Positions 38,403 to 47,303 of a stretch of 64,000 nucleotides of DNA are shown here, piece after piece. The stretch's first letter is position 1. Each line of letters opens with the position of its first letter. The notes beneath the pieces were generated by a model. The model worked only from the letters and a program-made list of their open reading frames with translations. It was not told the origin of the DNA and made no database searches. The translations under genes and the position numbers were made by a program. This DNA is from a virus, in IMG/VR virus record IMGVR_UViG_3300037451_000035, positions 10,497 to 74,496 of that record. One strand, written 5' to 3'.

Positions 38403-38699
38403 TCAGCGGTAGGAGACCGAGACCACCTGTCCGGCGCCGGGCACGACCGTAATGCCGGTAAGGCACGGAAAGCGCAGAACCACTGGCCCGACCGTCGCCG
38501 GGATCACGGCGACCTGATTGCTCGTGTTCGCGGCCGCAGTCGTGGCCGCATCGTTGATTGATCCGGCGGCACCGGCGACTTGCACGTCGACCGTGCCGAT
38601 CATGCCCGGCTGGGCTTTCACCACCGTCGGGACTGAAATCCAAAGCTTGTTGAGCGTCCCGTCGTTGACGTTGATGGTCGCAATGGGATTCTGGGGCAT
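38403..38699 (-). CDS. Small virion protein (paralog of 45604-45900)
   Basis: VKAQPG...PCLTGITVVPG.GQ.VSVSY. Confidence 0.7.
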   Translation of the reverse strand: MPQNPIATINVNDGTLNKLWISVPTVVKAQPGMIGTVDVQVAGAAGSINDAATTAAANTSNQVAVIPATVGPVVLRFPCLTGITVVPGAGQVVSVSYR

Positions 38700-38742
38700 C
38701 GTGCCTTCCTCTGATTTATCGGGCTACAAAGTCGCAAAACAC

Positions 38743-39702
38743 TCAGAGCAACGCTTCGAGAGACTCCTTGTAGGGGCAAAGCCGGAGGACTTCGTCAGCG
38801 ACCTCCGAATCCGAAACCCCGACACCGTCGCCGGCTAGCATAATACGATGCCGCCAATTCCACCAGTGCATAGGTGTGGCCCCGCGCAAGGCAAAGGCGA
38901 CAATCTGGGAGACGGTCAAAACCCGGTCCGATTCGTAGTGCCCCTTGCCTTTCTCGCTGATCTCGGCAATCGCCAGTTCGTCGACGTCGGTCACGACGTG
39001 GATTTCTTCGAATTTGTAGGCTTCGACGAGGTTTAGGTCGACCGAGCCATTGAACGGCAGCGCCCGGTCCTTGACCACGGCCAGCGGGTGAATATGGAAG
39101 CCGCGAAGCACCACGCTCGGGCCGTTGCTGAAATAGACGATTGAGGGGTGCGTGGTCGTCCCCGAGCCCCAGACGAAGTTGCGGGTGATCTTGTGCGGGT
39201 GATCGAAGGCCCAGCGGGCGAGCGCGCGCGCCGGGAGCGGCGGCGGCGCCCAGGTCAGCGGGCCAAGCTGCGTCCTTGTCCCGCCGCACACGACTGCCTT
39301 CTTGCCTTTCCGAAAGCGCTTTTCGACGGCAAGGAACGCCTCCCGCGAGACCATGATGTCGGCATTGAGCATGACGACCCGGTCGCCGGTTCGAGCCACG
39401 TCGATGCCGCGGGCATGGCCCTCGCAGAGCGTACTGAAGATGCGGCTCCGCGGCGGCGCCACCATCGGAACAAGCGTCAGGTCGAAGCCTTCGAGCGCTC
39501 GCGCGACCGCCGAGGTCTGGTCCGTCATCACCACATAGCGGACCTCGATGGTGTTGCGGAGTTCCCGCTTCATTTCCTCGATCGCCGCCAAATGCGAGCG
39601 CAGCACCGGGCCGAGGAAGGTTTTGACGTAGCTGCCCCAGACCGGGACTGTTATCACCATGCGGCGGCGTTCGTGGTCGGCTCCTTTGACGCCATAGGTC
39701 AT
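38743..39702 (-). CDS. Glycosyltransferase-like (GT-A fold) protein
   Basis: TVPVWG.YV..F, YVVMTD, VVMLNADI (xAD acidic motif). Confidence 0.5.
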   Translation of the reverse strand: MTYGVKGADHERRRMVITVPVWGSYVKTFLGPVLRSHLAAIEEMKRELRNTIEVRYVVMTDQTSAVARALEGFDLTLVPMVAPPRSRIFSTLCEGHARGIDVARTGDRVVMLNADIMVSREAFLAVEKRFRKGKKAVVCGGTRTQLGPLTWAPPPLPARALARWAFDHPHKITRNFVWGSGTTTHPSIVYFSNGPSVVLRGFHIHPLAVVKDRALPFNGSVDLNLVEAYKFEEIHVVTDVDELAIAEISEKGKGHYESDRVLTVSQIVAFALRGATPMHWWNWRHRIMLAGDGVGVSDSEVADEVLRLCPYKESLEALL

Positions 39703-39959
39703 CGTGGCGGTCTTTCTAATGCTTCATCTACGCGCTTGCTCCATTCCTCTTTCGGAAACGACCGCGCATAGAGGAAGGCGACCAATTCCCCCACACCAAA
39801 GCCGCCACGGCAGTCTCGTCCCGCAAGATCAACCATCGCCGGTTGAGGGCCGAACACATGGCAATAGACCTCGTAGGCTCGTAGGGTGACGGTCGAAGGC
39901 ATGAAGCCCGCTCCGCGCTGCTTCACGTCGTGAGTCTGGATTGGATGAAATTCGGTCAT
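39699..39959 (-). CDS. Hypothetical protein
   Basis: ATGA-coupled; AYEVY...RGGFGVGEL. Confidence 0.65.
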   Translation of the reverse strand: MTEFHPIQTHDVKQRGAGFMPSTVTLRAYEVYCHVFGPQPAMVDLAGRDCRGGFGVGELVAFLYARSFPKEEWSKRVDEALERPPR

Positions 39960-41722
39960 GTGGCGTTCTCCAGGCGATTTACCGTGGCGTCGTAGCCGGC
40001 GGGCGCCGGCTTCGGCCGGTCGCTGAGATCGAACAGCGCGACGACCGGATGCTTGGTGGCGACCCCGTACGACACGGCGATCAGCTTGTCGTCGATGAAA
40101 GCCTCGACCCGCTCGTCGTCGACCTCAATCCGCAAGCCGAGCGTTTCGCCGGGGACGATATCGCGGTGGTAATCACCGAAGGTTAAAACGCCGTAGCGTA
40201 GAACAAAGCCGAGCCCGCCGTCAGGCAGGCGCGACGGCCGGACCTTGCCCGAGGCGAAGCCGGCGAACATCAGCAACCCCTCGGTGCGGACGAATTTCAG
40301 CTTGACCATGTAGACCTCGACGCCGGCTACGGTCTCCCAATAGAAGCCGCCGAAGTCAGGAACCTCGATCCCAGCCATCGCCATTGCGTCGCGGACTGCC
40401 TGTGCGTCGCCATGCCGCGTCCCGGCGCCCGGATCGCGCGGGTCATCTTTCGGCGCGCCGACGAAGAAGTCGTAGACTTTCCAGAATGAGCCAACCAAAT
40501 CCTCGGGCGGCACGAACCGCCAGTCGGCCGGCTTCGGCCCCCTCGCCTGATAGAAGACGTTGGCGTCCGGATCGTAAAATATCGCCCCGAGCCATGGCGG
40601 CTCCAGCACCCCGGTCGGATCATGAAGCACCACCTTGTCGCCGTAGCCGTCGTCGAGCATTTGGAAGGCCGCCGCCAGCGCGGCCTCGATCTCCGCCTCG
40701 GTCATCAGCGGATTGACCCACGGCCGGTAATCTTCGGGAAATTCGATCCACGTCGGCGTCGCGAGGAAATCGAGCCAGCGCCGGTCCTTGCCGGTCAGTC
40801 GATAAAACCCAACGCAATAGTCCCAGGGCGTCCAGCGCATATTCGGCGCATTGGCCGGCTTCTCCGGCCCCGACAATTCGATATAGACGATGCCGTCGTC
40901 CGGCTTCGGCACGTAATGCTGGGCGCCGATCAGGTCGGGAAGCTGACCGTCGATGGCGACGAGCGGTTTCAATTCCGCGCGGCATAAGAGCGTGTGCGCC
41001 AAATAGAGCGGCGCCATGTGCGGGCTCACGACGCAGGCCTTGTGCTCGGATACGCACAGATAGAGCGTCGAATAAGGGAAGTCGTCGCGGCCGTTCTTTA
41101 TCAGCGCGCGGAATTGCGGGTGCAGCGCGTCCATGCCCCAGGCGTTGAGCATTTTCGGCTCGACCGCGCATTCGACCGAACTCAGCTTGTGCCCGATCGC
41201 ATTGACGTCGGCGCTGATCGCTCCGCCGACGATGACCTGATGGCCCTCGTCGGCGAGGCGCATCAGATTGCGGAAGAAGCCCGTCGCATAGACGTGGTCC
41301 GGCACTAGCATGTGGAAGGCCGCCCCGGCGGAGCGCGCGGCGTGCATTTGAATCGTGGTCGCCGCGCTCACCAGCGCGAAGCGATCGGCTCCGGTGGCCT
41401 TGCCCATGACCTCGTCCGGGATGACATGGACGTCGAATTGCGCGCGCTGATCGAAGCGGCCCAGCACCGTGCGGATCATTTCGGCGTGGGCACCGTCGGT
41501 GTGGATAACAAGGATCGGCTCCGCGATCGCGCCCACATTGCCCGGCGCAAGAAGCGAGGGCACGCAAAACCGCAGGAAGCGCTCGACATGAAGATTGCCG
41601 AACACCACGCATCCCAGAACGATTCGGCCGTCCACGGCCGGCGGCACCGATGTCGCATAATCTTTAAGCCTATCCTCGCGCCACGCGAGGACGGCCTTCT
41701 CGAAGGCTGAATTTTCGGTCAT
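39956..41722 (-). CDS. Glycosyltransferase-like protein with C-terminal beta-rich (lectin-like) domain
   Basis: N-terminal half parallels 38743-39702 (VFG..HVERF...PSLLAPGN, LVIHTD, LVPDHVY). Confidence 0.5.
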   Translation of the reverse strand: MTENSAFEKAVLAWREDRLKDYATSVPPAVDGRIVLGCVVFGNLHVERFLRFCVPSLLAPGNVGAIAEPILVIHTDGAHAEMIRTVLGRFDQRAQFDVHVIPDEVMGKATGADRFALVSAATTIQMHAARSAGAAFHMLVPDHVYATGFFRNLMRLADEGHQVIVGGAISADVNAIGHKLSSVECAVEPKMLNAWGMDALHPQFRALIKNGRDDFPYSTLYLCVSEHKACVVSPHMAPLYLAHTLLCRAELKPLVAIDGQLPDLIGAQHYVPKPDDGIVYIELSGPEKPANAPNMRWTPWDYCVGFYRLTGKDRRWLDFLATPTWIEFPEDYRPWVNPLMTEAEIEAALAAAFQMLDDGYGDKVVLHDPTGVLEPPWLGAIFYDPDANVFYQARGPKPADWRFVPPEDLVGSFWKVYDFFVGAPKDDPRDPGAGTRHGDAQAVRDAMAMAGIEVPDFGGFYWETVAGVEVYMVKLKFVRTEGLLMFAGFASGKVRPSRLPDGGLGFVLRYGVLTFGDYHRDIVPGETLGLRIEVDDERVEAFIDDKLIAVSYGVATKHPVVALFDLSDRPKPAPAGYDATVNRLENAT

Positions 41723-41749
41723 TTGGCAGAACCCTGTTTCGATTGAAAA

Positions 41750-41950
41750 TTATTTAGATTCTCTTGCCGGTAGCCGATTCTGCCGACGCAACATTCTGAT
41801 TTCTTTTCCTTCGCGCATTTCTCTTATAGAAGCGACCGGCAGATGATGCTTGCGCGCGAGATATCGCGAAGACAGCCGCGTAAAAGCTAAATCGTAAAGC
41901 AACTGACCTATTGCTGTTTTTCCGTAGACGATTTCGTTGTAAGGTTTCAT
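41750..41950 (-). CDS. Small basic protein
   Basis: ATGA-coupled; low GC. Confidence 0.45.
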   Translation of the reverse strand: MKPYNEIVYGKTAIGQLLYDLAFTRLSSRYLARKHHLPVASIREMREGKEIRMLRRQNRLPARESK

Positions 41951-42513
41951 GGCCGCAGCACGACCCCGTAGCCCATTTTCGACCCGGGCGTAATGAACTC
42001 GCGAGTCTCAAGTCCCGGCGCCAGCGTTGCCTTCAACTCGCGCCAGAAGCGGCCAACCTCGTTCGGCAGGCCGCTCGATTTCCAGCCGTCCGGCGCGTCG
42101 ACGTCGTGCACCGCAATTGCCTTGCCGAACGTCCAATAATCGTTCCAATCGGAGGCCACGCCGTTGAGCGTGTGGTCGCCGTCGATCAGCACCAGGTCAA
42201 ACGGCGCAAATGCTCGGGCCGCGGCCTTGGCCGCCTCGTAGCGCGACGAGCCGTAGAACAGCGCCGTCTCCATATTCAGGTCGCGCAATTCCATGACTGT
42301 TTCCGTCATGCGCCGCATCGTGAAGATGCTCTCGGGAAGGTCGATCGACATGCCAAACGACCCGGGCATCAGATTCGCCATGACCGCAAAGAACGAATCG
42401 CCGTTGCGGCTCCCGATCTCCAGATAGCGCCGCACGTCGAGATCGACGGCAAACTTCACGAAGGCTTTGAGCTCGTCGATATCCTGGTGCTGATTTGAGT
42501 CGCGAAGTCTCAT
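41947..42513 (-). CDS. Class I SAM-dependent methyltransferase (Methyltransf_24-like)
   Basis: YLEIGSRNGDS, FDLVLIDGDHT..GV..D, IAVHD. Confidence 0.85.
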   Translation of the reverse strand: MRLRDSNQHQDIDELKAFVKFAVDLDVRRYLEIGSRNGDSFFAVMANLMPGSFGMSIDLPESIFTMRRMTETVMELRDLNMETALFYGSSRYEAAKAAARAFAPFDLVLIDGDHTLNGVASDWNDYWTFGKAIAVHDVDAPDGWKSSGLPNEVGRFWRELKATLAPGLETREFITPGSKMGYGVVLRP

Positions 42514-42548
42514 AGGCGGGCCCTGTTTCCCGATTCGCTTTTATTCAA

Positions 42549-43202
42549 TTACAGCAGATTTTGCTGGTGTACTAGAGGCGCTGCCGTCGACGCTTTTCTC
42601 TTGATCCAGCTTTCTCGAATCAAAGCACAGTGGGCTTCGTATTGATCGGGATGCCGTTTGCGCTCTTCCCAAATCGCCTTGTTGGCCTCGCTTATTGCTT
42701 TTCGATGGGTCTCAGATTTTGAACTTTTCGCATGGCGCAGCAGGATTTTAACGGTCTTAGGGTGTGCCGGTTTTCCTCTTTTCGCGCGGCTGATCGCCAG
42801 CCGTCGTTCGGGTGACTGCGGTCCCGTTTTCCGCCCTTTCCTTTTCTCTCCGCCTTTTCCAATGCGCCGCCGAGCATCAGCCGACACAGGTCGCCCAACT
42901 GTGCCTTCCCCGCCGTCCGTCATATTCACCAGCGGGCCCCTATACCCTCGACCGATAGCCGCGATTAGCGCCACTTCCACGGCACAAGCTTCAGCGTTCG
43001 TCAGATTTTCCTGCAATTTTATTTTGGGCAATCTTTTCGGCGCTGCATCTGTAATTATTTTTGCAAGACGCTTGTTCCGATGCTTGGCCCCGTACGCCTC
43101 GGCTTCATGGATGAGCCAGCGTCGGCCGGCGCCCTTGCCGATATAGCAAGGCGAGCCGTCGAGCCGGAAAAGAACATAGACGTAAAATCGCCGTTCGTTC
43201 AT
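42549..43202 (-). CDS. GIY-YIG homing endonuclease (paralog of 35436-36221)
   Basis: YVY...DGSPCYIGKG..RR, EVALIAAIGR..GPLVN.TDGGEG. Confidence 0.88.
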   Translation of the reverse strand: MNERRFYVYVLFRLDGSPCYIGKGAGRRWLIHEAEAYGAKHRNKRLAKIITDAAPKRLPKIKLQENLTNAEACAVEVALIAAIGRGYRGPLVNMTDGGEGTVGRPVSADARRRIGKGGEKRKGRKTGPQSPERRLAISRAKRGKPAHPKTVKILLRHAKSSKSETHRKAISEANKAIWEERKRHPDQYEAHCALIRESWIKRKASTAAPLVHQQNLL

Positions 43203-44218
43203 CCGATGATGAAGGTTGGAATTGCGGCAGTAATCAACTGCCTAGCGATATTTCTCATTGTGGATTGATTGTAGGACACGTCAAAATCTACGGTTTTCTT
43301 TTGGCTCAGCGTCAGAAGCTCGGGCTGGACGCGCTTGTCGTCGCGCGGCACCGGCATGTTCATCACCCCGAGCACGCCCACGTCCGCGCTGTATTGGTAG
43401 AAACAGTCCATGAAATCCATCGCCCGGTCGTTGCTCAATCCCCAGAGCGTGACGCGGACCTTATCCGCGCAAAGCTGGGAATGGCTCCCGTCGGTCGCGA
43501 TTACCGGCGCGCCGCCGAGCGCGCGCGTGCCCTCGGGGACGATGTGCACCGCAGCAAAGGGCGGCTTCAGATTGTCCGGCACCAGATGCGACGGGAAGAG
43601 CGGAAAGCCCGGATTGCCGAAGCCATAGGGCGGGAAGTAGCTGTTGATCGCCAGCCATGCCGGCAAGCTGTTGGAGACGATTTGCGCTCGGCTGAAGCCG
43701 ATCGGTGAGTCGATAATTTGCGTCGCCATGTCGGAATACACCGCAAACCCGACATAGTGGAAAAGATCGGCCTGCCGATAGAACGACGAGCGGCTGGAGA
43801 AGGCGAAGCGCAAGCCGTCGAACTCGCCAATCCAAAGCTGGTCGGGAGCAACCTCGCTGAGATCCTGCACTTCGGTGAGCGAGGTAAAGACGACTCGGTT
43901 TGCCGCATAGGTATTTGGCTCGTCCTGGCGCGTCTCGCTGGAATAATGCAGCGAGCCCTCGACGTCGAAGGTCGGCGCCTCGGTGAGCACCTTCGGCATC
44001 GCATTGTAGCCGAAGCGATTGAGCAGCATCCGGTTATAGATCGCGCTCGGCGAGATGATGCTGGCCTTCACCCAAAATGCGAATCCGTCCAAAGGCAGGA
44101 TCAGCCGATGGTATCTCGTGAAGGTGATCGTCTGGACGTTGGAAAGAACTTCGACGCCGGCGGCGAGCGCTGACGCAAGCGGGTCTTTCGCTGAGACGGC
44201 TTCTTCAGCGGTGGCCAT
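43199..44218 (-). CDS. Head-tail connector / tail completion protein
   Basis: Neck position; ILPLDGFAFWV, GSLHY, IVSNSLP.W. Confidence 0.65.
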   Translation of the reverse strand: MATAEEAVSAKDPLASALAAGVEVLSNVQTITFTRYHRLILPLDGFAFWVKASIISPSAIYNRMLLNRFGYNAMPKVLTEAPTFDVEGSLHYSSETRQDEPNTYAANRVVFTSLTEVQDLSEVAPDQLWIGEFDGLRFAFSSRSSFYRQADLFHYVGFAVYSDMATQIIDSPIGFSRAQIVSNSLPAWLAINSYFPPYGFGNPGFPLFPSHLVPDNLKPPFAAVHIVPEGTRALGGAPVIATDGSHSQLCADKVRVTLWGLSNDRAMDFMDCFYQYSADVGVLGVMNMPVPRDDKRVQPELLTLSQKKTVDFDVSYNQSTMRNIARQLITAAIPTFIIG

Positions 44219-44426
44219 TCAAGTTCCGCCACGAATGGATATTTGCCATCGCGAATGTCCGAGTCGACATGGTCTCCAGATCGACGGCTTCCAAGAGCCA
44301 TTGCGTTTCGGGATGCCATTCGTTGTTTTCAAAGGCCACACGGCCTGTCGGTCGAATACGCCGAACAGCGCGTTCGCCGCGCCAATTTGTGTAGTCAATT
44401 AAGACTTCCTGACGAGGATCAGCCAT
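44205..44426 (-). CDS. Stand-alone WYL-like domain protein
   Basis: IDYTNWRGE...RRIRP...QWLLEAVD....RTFA..NI. Confidence 0.75.
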   Translation of the reverse strand: MADPRQEVLIDYTNWRGERAVRRIRPTGRVAFENNEWHPETQWLLEAVDLETMSTRTFAMANIHSWRNLNGHR

Positions 44427-44763
44427 TTTGCTTCACCGGCCCGACGTATTCCCAGCCGGCGCGCGATAGATGCTCGACGCTCCAGGCCAGCCGATTGCCC
44501 TTGTCTGGCTTGGTCGAGGCCCACGCCGATTCGGCCGCCACCCAGGTCATGACGATATCGGGATGGCCGTTGCCGGGTTTGAGCCAATGCCGCGAGCCGT
44601 TCGCCGAGCCCGCCTTCGGCGCGCAATTCTTCTTGCCCTGGTGGTGGGGCTCGAGATCGGGCGGCCCGCTGTGCGCGAGAAAGCCGACGCTCCGGATGAA
44701 TTGATGGTGCGTCATCTTGCCCATGGCGACGGCGCGGGAGACGAGCGGCGAGGCGGCTGGCAT
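44419..44763 (-). CDS. Hypothetical protein
   Basis: Operon-coupled ORF; start uncertain. Confidence 0.5.
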   Translation of the reverse strand: MPAASPLVSRAVAMGKMTHHQFIRSVGFLAHSGPPDLEPHHQGKKNCAPKAGSANGSRHWLKPGNGHPDIVMTWVAAESAWASTKPDKGNRLAWSVEHLSRAGWEYVGPVKQNG

Positions 44764-45066
44764 TTAGGAAGCCTCCATCGTGGCGATCTGGGAAGATCGC
44801 TCCATGTCCGGTTCCGGCTTCGGCCAGTTCGGATACTTTTCGCGGTCGGCGACCGGGCGGCAACACATCACCGCGTTGCCTCTCTTGTCGCGATAAATAT
44901 GGTAGTCCATCAAAAGATGGAATCCCATGTATTTGCCTTGCTGCTCGCCGTGAAGTTTCCCGACGAGAACGAGCGGGTTGAGTTCGCCGGGATCAATACC
45001 GTCCTCGATGGTGATTTGCCCGTAGCCTTCATATTCGGAAGTGCGGAGGAAAATCTTGTCGGTCAT
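44764..45066 (-). CDS. Hypothetical protein
   Basis: AAACAGGGAG RBS then MTDKIFLR. Confidence 0.55.
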   Translation of the reverse strand: MTDKIFLRTSEYEGYGQITIEDGIDPGELNPLVLVGKLHGEQQGKYMGFHLLMDYHIYRDKRGNAVMCCRPVADREKYPNWPKPEPDMERSSQIATMEAS

Positions 45067-45113
45067 GGTTGCGCTCCCTGTTTCAGTCGCGGAGCATATC
45101 CCTTGCGGGCGGC

Positions 45114-45596
45114 TCAATCCACCCAGGCGGTGATCGAGCCTTCGTACAAGCCGCTATCCACAAAGCTGACCGCCGCCTTGCTCGCGCCCGTCGCGGCCGC
45201 GGTCTTGAAGCGCGCGCCGCGGCGGCGCCCGGCCGCTCGATCTCGGGCCGCTTGCGTCGGCACGCCCGGATAGCCGAGCGTTTCCATCTCGCCGGTGGCG
45301 ATGAATTGCTTCAGCCCGTCGGCGATCTTGGACGTCGCGGTACCGAACGGATTATTCGTCGGCGGCGCGCCGAGCATGATGCTTTCGATGGCGCCTTGCA
45401 GCGAATCGTCGATGGCTGGCGCGACGATATCGTCGACGTGAGTCATATAAAATATCTCGAAAATATGATATTTTGCTTCGAGCCACTCAGCCACATCGCC
45501 TGTTGTCACCTGTCCAGCGCGCGCGCGCTTGCGGCGGCGTTTTGCTGGCGGCTGGCTGTAACTGACGTCAAAAACGCCAAGGTGAAGCGTCGGCAT
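45114..45596 (-). CDS. Neck/tail morphogenesis protein
   Basis: LHLGV.D..Y, TTGDVAE.LE.KY, GVPTQAA, SFVDSGLY. Confidence 0.7.
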   Translation of the reverse strand: MPTLHLGVFDVSYSQPPAKRRRKRARAGQVTTGDVAEWLEAKYHIFEIFYMTHVDDIVAPAIDDSLQGAIESIMLGAPPTNNPFGTATSKIADGLKQFIATGEMETLGYPGVPTQAARDRAAGRRRGARFKTAAATGASKAAVSFVDSGLYEGSITAWVD

Positions 45597-45603
45597 CGCC
45601 GGC

Positions 45604-45900
45604 TCACTGGTACGAGACGGTAATCTGCTGCCCCGGCCCCGGCTTGACCGTGACGCCGACCAAGCACGGAATGCTGATCTCTTGGACGCCCACGGTATTG
45701 AGGATGGGCGCCACCGCATTTGACGTCGAGGCGTCGCCCGTAACGGCGCAATCGTAGACGGCGCCGGCGCCGCTGCCGGCGACCAGAACCGACACCTGAA
45801 GGATTGCCCCAGGCGCGGCCTTGACCGTCGTGATAGCGGAAAGCGCCTTCGAGGTTTGAAGGTTACCGCCCGGAGCATTTGCCAAGGGTCCGCCAGCCAT
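45604..45900 (-). CDS. Small virion protein (paralog of 38403-38699)
   Basis: VKAAPG...PCLVGVTVKPG.GQ.ITVSY. Confidence 0.7.
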   Translation of the reverse strand: MAGGPLANAPGGNLQTSKALSAITTVKAAPGAILQVSVLVAGSGAGAVYDCAVTGDASTSNAVAPILNTVGVQEISIPCLVGVTVKPGPGQQITVSYQ

Positions 45901-45909
45901 TCGATTCTC

Positions 45910-46443
45910 CTACGACAAGCCCCACGTTGTGGGCCCAAAACTCTGCGCCAGCGAAAGATATTGCCTGCCCCAGAGGGTCTTAAGCTGCTGGATGTTCATC
46001 AGTGTAAATTGCTTCGCCGCTTCCTGCACGACAAAACTTTCGCCCGTCGTCTCGTCGTTCGACGATTGAATGACCCCCGGCACAAAACCGTTGATATTCA
46101 ACTCCTTGCGCTGCCATTGGAAGAACGGCAGGCCGGGATCACCGCTGCCTTTGACGGGCTCGGCATTGGGCTGGTCCTGCGCGAAATTGATAATTCGATC
46201 TGCCGCGAAATTATAGACGGCGAACGTGTAGATCGTCAGGCCACCGGAATTGAGCGACACGCCGGCGGCATCGGACGATGGAATCGGCATCGCCTGAAGG
46301 GCCGGGTTGACAATCGCCAGCGCCACGGCAAAGGCGAGCGGAATGCTGGGGTCGTTGTCCGGAAGGATTGTCGAACTGATTCCCATTCCCTCGCGGATAA
46401 AGACCAAAAAGCCGGCGAGCGTCGGTGACGGGGGTGGCGCCAT
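45910..46443 (-). CDS. Head-tail adaptor (DUF4054-like)
   Basis: AVYN, GVIQSSNDE, LKT.WGRQYL. Confidence 0.7.
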   Translation of the reverse strand: MAPPPSPTLAGFLVFIREGMGISSTILPDNDPSIPLAFAVALAIVNPALQAMPIPSSDAAGVSLNSGGLTIYTFAVYNFAADRIINFAQDQPNAEPVKGSGDPGLPFFQWQRKELNINGFVPGVIQSSNDETTGESFVVQEAAKQFTLMNIQQLKTLWGRQYLSLAQSFGPTTWGLS

Positions 46444-46455
46444 CGGGCCTCGCGA

Positions 46456-47064
46456 TCAGGTCTTCGGGCGGCGATGGCTTCCCGGCTTCGGCCCGGGCTT
46501 GCGGCGCTCGGCCGGCGCCTTGCCTTTCGGCGGCGGCGCCGCGGCGCTGACGCGCACGCCTTCCTCGATGCGGCTCTCGCCGGCCTCGCTTTGCTCGAGC
46601 TGCTCGAAATCGACGACCGTCTCGACGGTCTCGGGGATGGCCTCCGGCGGCAATTCCTGCCGGGCGAGTTCCGAGGCAACCGCGTTCACCACCGTCTCGT
46701 TGCTGGCAACGGCGGCGCGCTGGCGGCGGTCCTTGCCCTGGATGATCCGGATGCGCTCATTGTGCTGCATGACTTCGACAATGGCGTTCTTCTTGACCGG
46801 CACGCCGGTGCTGAAGACGATCGGCACGAAATCGGTCGCGCGCGGAATGTCGGTCACGCCCTTCAGCCCGTAAATCTGCAATTGCTCGCAGACGGCCTGA
46901 AGCTGGTCGATGGTGTCGGCCTCGATCTTGACCTGCTGGCCCGGCTCGATTGGCCGTTGCACCGCCGGCCTGAAGGCGCGCTGCGGCCCGTCGATCTGGT
47001 CGAAGTCCAGCCGATAGCAAATGGTCTGCTTTTGTCGCGTGCAGTTCGCGATGAAGAGGTTCAT
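46456..47064 (-). CDS. Conserved phage protein downstream of the capsid gene
   Basis: MNLFIANCTRQ; RBS present. Confidence 0.7.
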   Translation of the reverse strand: MNLFIANCTRQKQTICYRLDFDQIDGPQRAFRPAVQRPIEPGQQVKIEADTIDQLQAVCEQLQIYGLKGVTDIPRATDFVPIVFSTGVPVKKNAIVEVMQHNERIRIIQGKDRRQRAAVASNETVVNAVASELARQELPPEAIPETVETVVDFEQLEQSEAGESRIEEGVRVSAAAPPPKGKAPAERRKPGPKPGSHRRPKT

Positions 47065-47303
47065 GGTTTCCGTTTCCCTGTTTCAGCTTCGAAATCGAAT
47101 GGGCCGGTGCTGTGCACCTTCCCTCGCGTCGTGAGATCTAGGCGTGTTGCTCCGCCGCGACCCGGCCCGCGTTGCCCCATTGCTGGGGAGCGTTGCACTT
47201 ACCTTACGCCGATAGCTACCTCGGCGCCGCGAGTTCGGGGGTGCCAGATAACACCCCGCTGGGGGCCTTGCGAGCCGTACCAAGCCCTCTTGGTGTCTCT
47301 CCC
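47065..47303 (-). ncRNA. Candidate structured RNA in the capsid 3' intergenic region
   Basis: Several consecutive hairpins, including CCCCA-GCAA-TGGGG and a GGGCCGG/CCGGCCC-closed domain. Confidence 0.35.
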
